Under the pieces are notes generated by a model. That model worked only from the letters and a program-made list of their open reading frames with translations, searched no databases and was not told where the DNA came from. Both the position numbers and the translations under genes were made by a program. From contig OZ038378.1 of NCBI GenBank assembly GCA_964036045.1, positions 125,860,001 to 125,924,000 on the forward strand: a DNA stretch of 64,000 bases. Direction: 5' to 3'. The stretch is from Eutreptiella sp. 'Long Island Sound 2002'. Taxonomy: Eukaryota; Protista; Euglenida. Shown piece by piece: positions 60,380 through 64,000 of this stretch (position 1 is the first letter of the stretch; the number at the start of each line of letters is the position of its first letter).

Positions 60380-62560
60380 AAATATGTAAGGACCGACAAG
60401 GCACGACAAGACCGCCCACGCTATTGCACGACGTACATGTGGCATAATTGCCAGATGGGCGGGCTTGTATTCTCCTTGGTGATAAACTAGGCGACCCTCA
60501 CATCGTGACCATAGCTGAGCTGACGGAGAAGACGGAACACGTGTACACCGCACCCTGGACATCAGCGTATTCAATTTCTTGTCATTACCGCTTGTCTACA
60601 TCATACACTACATCGCCGTAGAGTTAATTTCCATGATGACAAAGCGGGCCTGGGCTTCCTTTTCTGCCGGATCATGATGCACTTCAAGTGCGTGTGGTTG
60701 TCCAAAGTGTGAAATGGGACCACTAAGAGATGCGTTCAAGGAGGGAAGGGACCGAGAGATCCAAAGAGATGCACGATAGACTCTTCCTCTCCCAATGCAT
60801 CACCTACTAGATCGAAACTTTTGACAAAACGACTCGTGTGGAGCACATGAAAATTGGGAACCAGGGCAAAAGGTGATTTCTATATTGCGATGTACATAAT
60901 TGAGAGTGTCTGCTTTTGACAATTTGTCCCACATTGGATGTGTGGCACGGGCACAACATGTGAAACGCTTGCACCCTGCGCAAGAACCGCTGAAGAGTCC
61001 AGTGTGCAAGATGCCCTTAACACGAATGCCGTGCTACACTTGTGGAGCCAACGCCAAAGTGGCGCAAAGCGTTTGCGCCTCTCTATGCAAGGAGCAGACA
61101 AGCTTGCGACTGATTTTCCTCGAAGTGTCAATCTGGGGTACACCGAACAAGTCATAGATTGGCACCAAAGGCAGTTGTGGGTTTAGCATGGGTACGCCCT
61201 ATCCCTACTTAGCCTAGTGCGGCAGGGTGACAGGCGAAACAAGTCCTACGCCTTGGCCCAGGGTTGTCGTCCTATTTGCATGCATGTGCACTTCCTCCAA
61301 GACCTCTCAATTGTTTAGAGTCTAGTAAAAACAATGACTTGCTCAGGTCTTCCAGTGGGATCTCTTTGTCTCGGAGTTCGGCGGGGACCTCCAAATCCGT
61401 TAATCCGTCCAAATTGCACTGCTTGTGCGCCATATGCTGAGGAGCATCCATGGGGCGTTTCACGTGCCACACAGTGTAACTCTGCGCCAAGCAATGAACG
61501 TCCGACATGGTCGTCCGCCGCAGAGACATTGTAATAAATGTTTGCACTCGGGAAAAAGGCTGCCATTCACGCAGCTCTTGTGTGTGGATGTCAATGAACA
61601 GTAACAAATGACCGTGCTCCCAACACAGCGATGCCACAGTCAAGCTGCCAGTGCTATGGAGTTTGTCTCAAGGTCGGCAAGCATGCGACATTGGTGGAGG
61701 TGTGGACAAGTGGATCCCGGTGGCGGTAAAAGGGGGCCCACCGTATGTTGTGCCTGAATACACCCCCATGTCGTTGGTTCGTTGTGAAGGAAATGCATTG
61801 CCGCCAGCGGTGCTCATATTGGCGCCCCTACGGGAGGGACTTCCATGTGGTGCCGCGTCGTGTCAGTGCTTGTGCCAGCACTTCTAGGCATAAATGTATG
61901 GCTTCGGACTAGGTATGTAGCATGCCTTGACAGACACGTGGAGAAAAGAGGCCCAAGTAATTCAGGTACTTCATTCAGCGACGAAACTGGTGTCAGTGCT
62001 GGAGGCGGTGATGACCTTGTGGGCCGCTTGTGCGGAGCTGCATGTTGAGGCAAGGTCACGGCATCCAAGGCCAATGTGCGTTCTACAACGGTGGCTCCCT
62101 ATGTTTGTGGCCATCTCATGTGCTCCACCGTGGGCGTGGAATCCTCCCACTTATTTTCTCTCTATGGGGGGATGGATAGGACCAAGTTGACGTGATTCGA
62201 TTTGTTGCTAGGTTGTAGGCTAAGTTGTTTGTGGCGGGGGCCCTTGAACGCGCGTGGTGATATGTGTGGGACAAAGGATGTGGTGTGTTACATCTTGTCA
62301 ACTCCATATCCGTGCGGGTAATAGATAACATGCAAGTGCCATGTGGCTCCCACCATACTCCAACGCGCCTAAATATGAAGAGAGATTGTTATAGGGCGTG
62401 CGGGAATCGCAAGCACGTGCGCATTCGTAGCTCGTACCTACATGCCGTTTGCTGCAAATTCAGCGCCTCAGACTTCCATGTCCCCCATGTGTCCGTCCAA
62501 ATCCCCAAAAACAAGGACTTGCAAAGGCACGCTATCAGACACTCCTACACTCACTAACCA
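60380..62560 (-). mobile_element. Highly degenerate, internally deleted LINE remnant (APE-like piece, RT C-end, RNase H-like region)
   Basis: VLVFGDLDGHMG (APE GDxN-like, ~62490), MKYLNYLG (RT end, ~61955), then DCGIAV..DVHCL..VWHVK (RNase H-like). Confidence 0.45.
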
Positions 62561-64000
62561 TGGTGCTGCCCGCAACGGGGGCATCGTACCCGTTCCATCT
62601 GCTAGAGTGCCCTATATCACAACCACCCTATGTCCCTCAGAGCCATGGTCCCCACTTGAATGGGTTGATAGCAGAGAGGGGCGACCATGATGTCCAATGT
62701 CGTTGCCGGTTGTATCTTGTGAGTCCTGCAGCCTATGCGTCTTCTTGTGGTCCCGGTGCCCAGTGCCCCCGCGCCCAACAAACTTGGAGTAACTTGGGCG
62801 AGATGAGTTGATGCGCCTTCTGCTATGAGGCATACTCCAAATATTGCAAGAAGAAATGATGTGGAAGAAAGACAAGAGGAACAAGCCGGAGCACAGAAAG
62901 GAAATGAAGAAGAACGCAAGGAAGAAGAAGGAAAAAGAGAAAGGCTCAAGAAGGGAGTACGGGAGGTGCAGCCCAAAGGGTAAAAAAGTGGAGGAAGGTG
63001 ACAAGCATGACGTCAAGTGTATCACTCACATTCCATGGTGCAATCCACCTTCTTGTAGAGAAATGACCCCATATCCCTTGACGACGGCAAGGACGGCTCC
63101 GGGTAATGGTATGGGTCAGCCGCCGGCGGGTAGTGGATGAAACAGTTATTTACCTATTGCGTACCATTGTATTTAAGACGGGGTCCTCCACTAAAGAGGA
63201 CGAGGTAACCAAACTCTTCAACGCCAAGAGCACACTAAATCAAATTACCATCGAGCACCTCTCCAGCCTGGCAAGGGCCGCCAAGAGAAAAAAAGAGACT
63301 TTCGCAGTGAGACGGTAGAGGAATGACGGGCGCACAGCCCTCTGGCCAAATGCGCCCAAAAAAACACAAGTCTTGGTATACCGATCAAAGTAGCCTTCAT
63401 ATTTTCGAGAAAATTTTTTTGCATGCGGAGGACCAACAATGGCACCTTGGGCAAGTAGCTTTTGGGGTCTCATGGGCCAATGACAAACATGCATGACGAC
63501 GGCAAATGTTGCATACGTGTGCCAAAACTATTTGACACCACGGACATTGAGCACCCTCGACATTAGCCCCCTGTGTTCGCCACAGGTCGAGCTAGTTCCT
63601 ACGTAACAAAATCCGAGGTCAGATGTCACCTTGGGACAACGTGACCAGTGGCGGTCACCATCACCGCTGCCAACACAAGGAGGCTTATTCAAAACTAGCC
63701 GATGCTATACAACAAGTGGGACTAACAAAACACACGGCCCACAGCTCATGCACGATAACAAATCAAGATGTTGTCATGAAGAGTTCACATTCCACTTGTG
63801 CCGCCCATTATTTCGCGAATGGTGAGGCTATCCTTTTGGTGGGTTCTAGTATCGCATGATTGAGTACAATGCCCGGTGTGACGATCACATTTAAGGATGC
63901 GCAGTTGACTCCGTTGAGCGGCTGGGCTTGGTGCATGCCGTGAACGACCTATCTTCCTCGAAGGAAAACAAAGTCAACAGGATATGCGGCACAAATGGGA

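Noticed and set aside
1-64000. rRNA, tRNA, spliced-leader RNA or housekeeping genes
   Set aside because: None recognised by eye on either strand; a tRNAscan/Infernal run would be needed to exclude diverged ones.

Overview
Repeat-saturated eukaryotic nuclear DNA with GT-AG introns, poly-G/C tracts and microsatellites. A protist or alga such as a euglenid is only a guess. I see no recognisable housekeeping gene, rRNA, tRNA or CRISPR array. The window is mostly a transposon graveyard. It holds two clear and one weaker LINE remnant (the two more complete ones with RNase H), a Ty3/Gypsy remnant, an internally deleted hAT with an apparent 6-bp TSD, a TA-flanked MITE and a decayed Upf1/DNA2-type SF1B helicase ORF. 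The most notable content is at least six degenerate copies, from about three or four lineages, of a DDE transposase whose motif spacing resembles Transib/RAG1/Chapaev. Four copies of a CAC-starting terminal repeat are present. Two of them bound an ~11.6-kb composite (16236-27815) that carries one transposase, 34-bp subterminal repeats, 99-bp and 94-bp tandem arrays and unknown cargo ORFs. All family assignments are by-eye motif matches and need HMM/BLAST confirmation.
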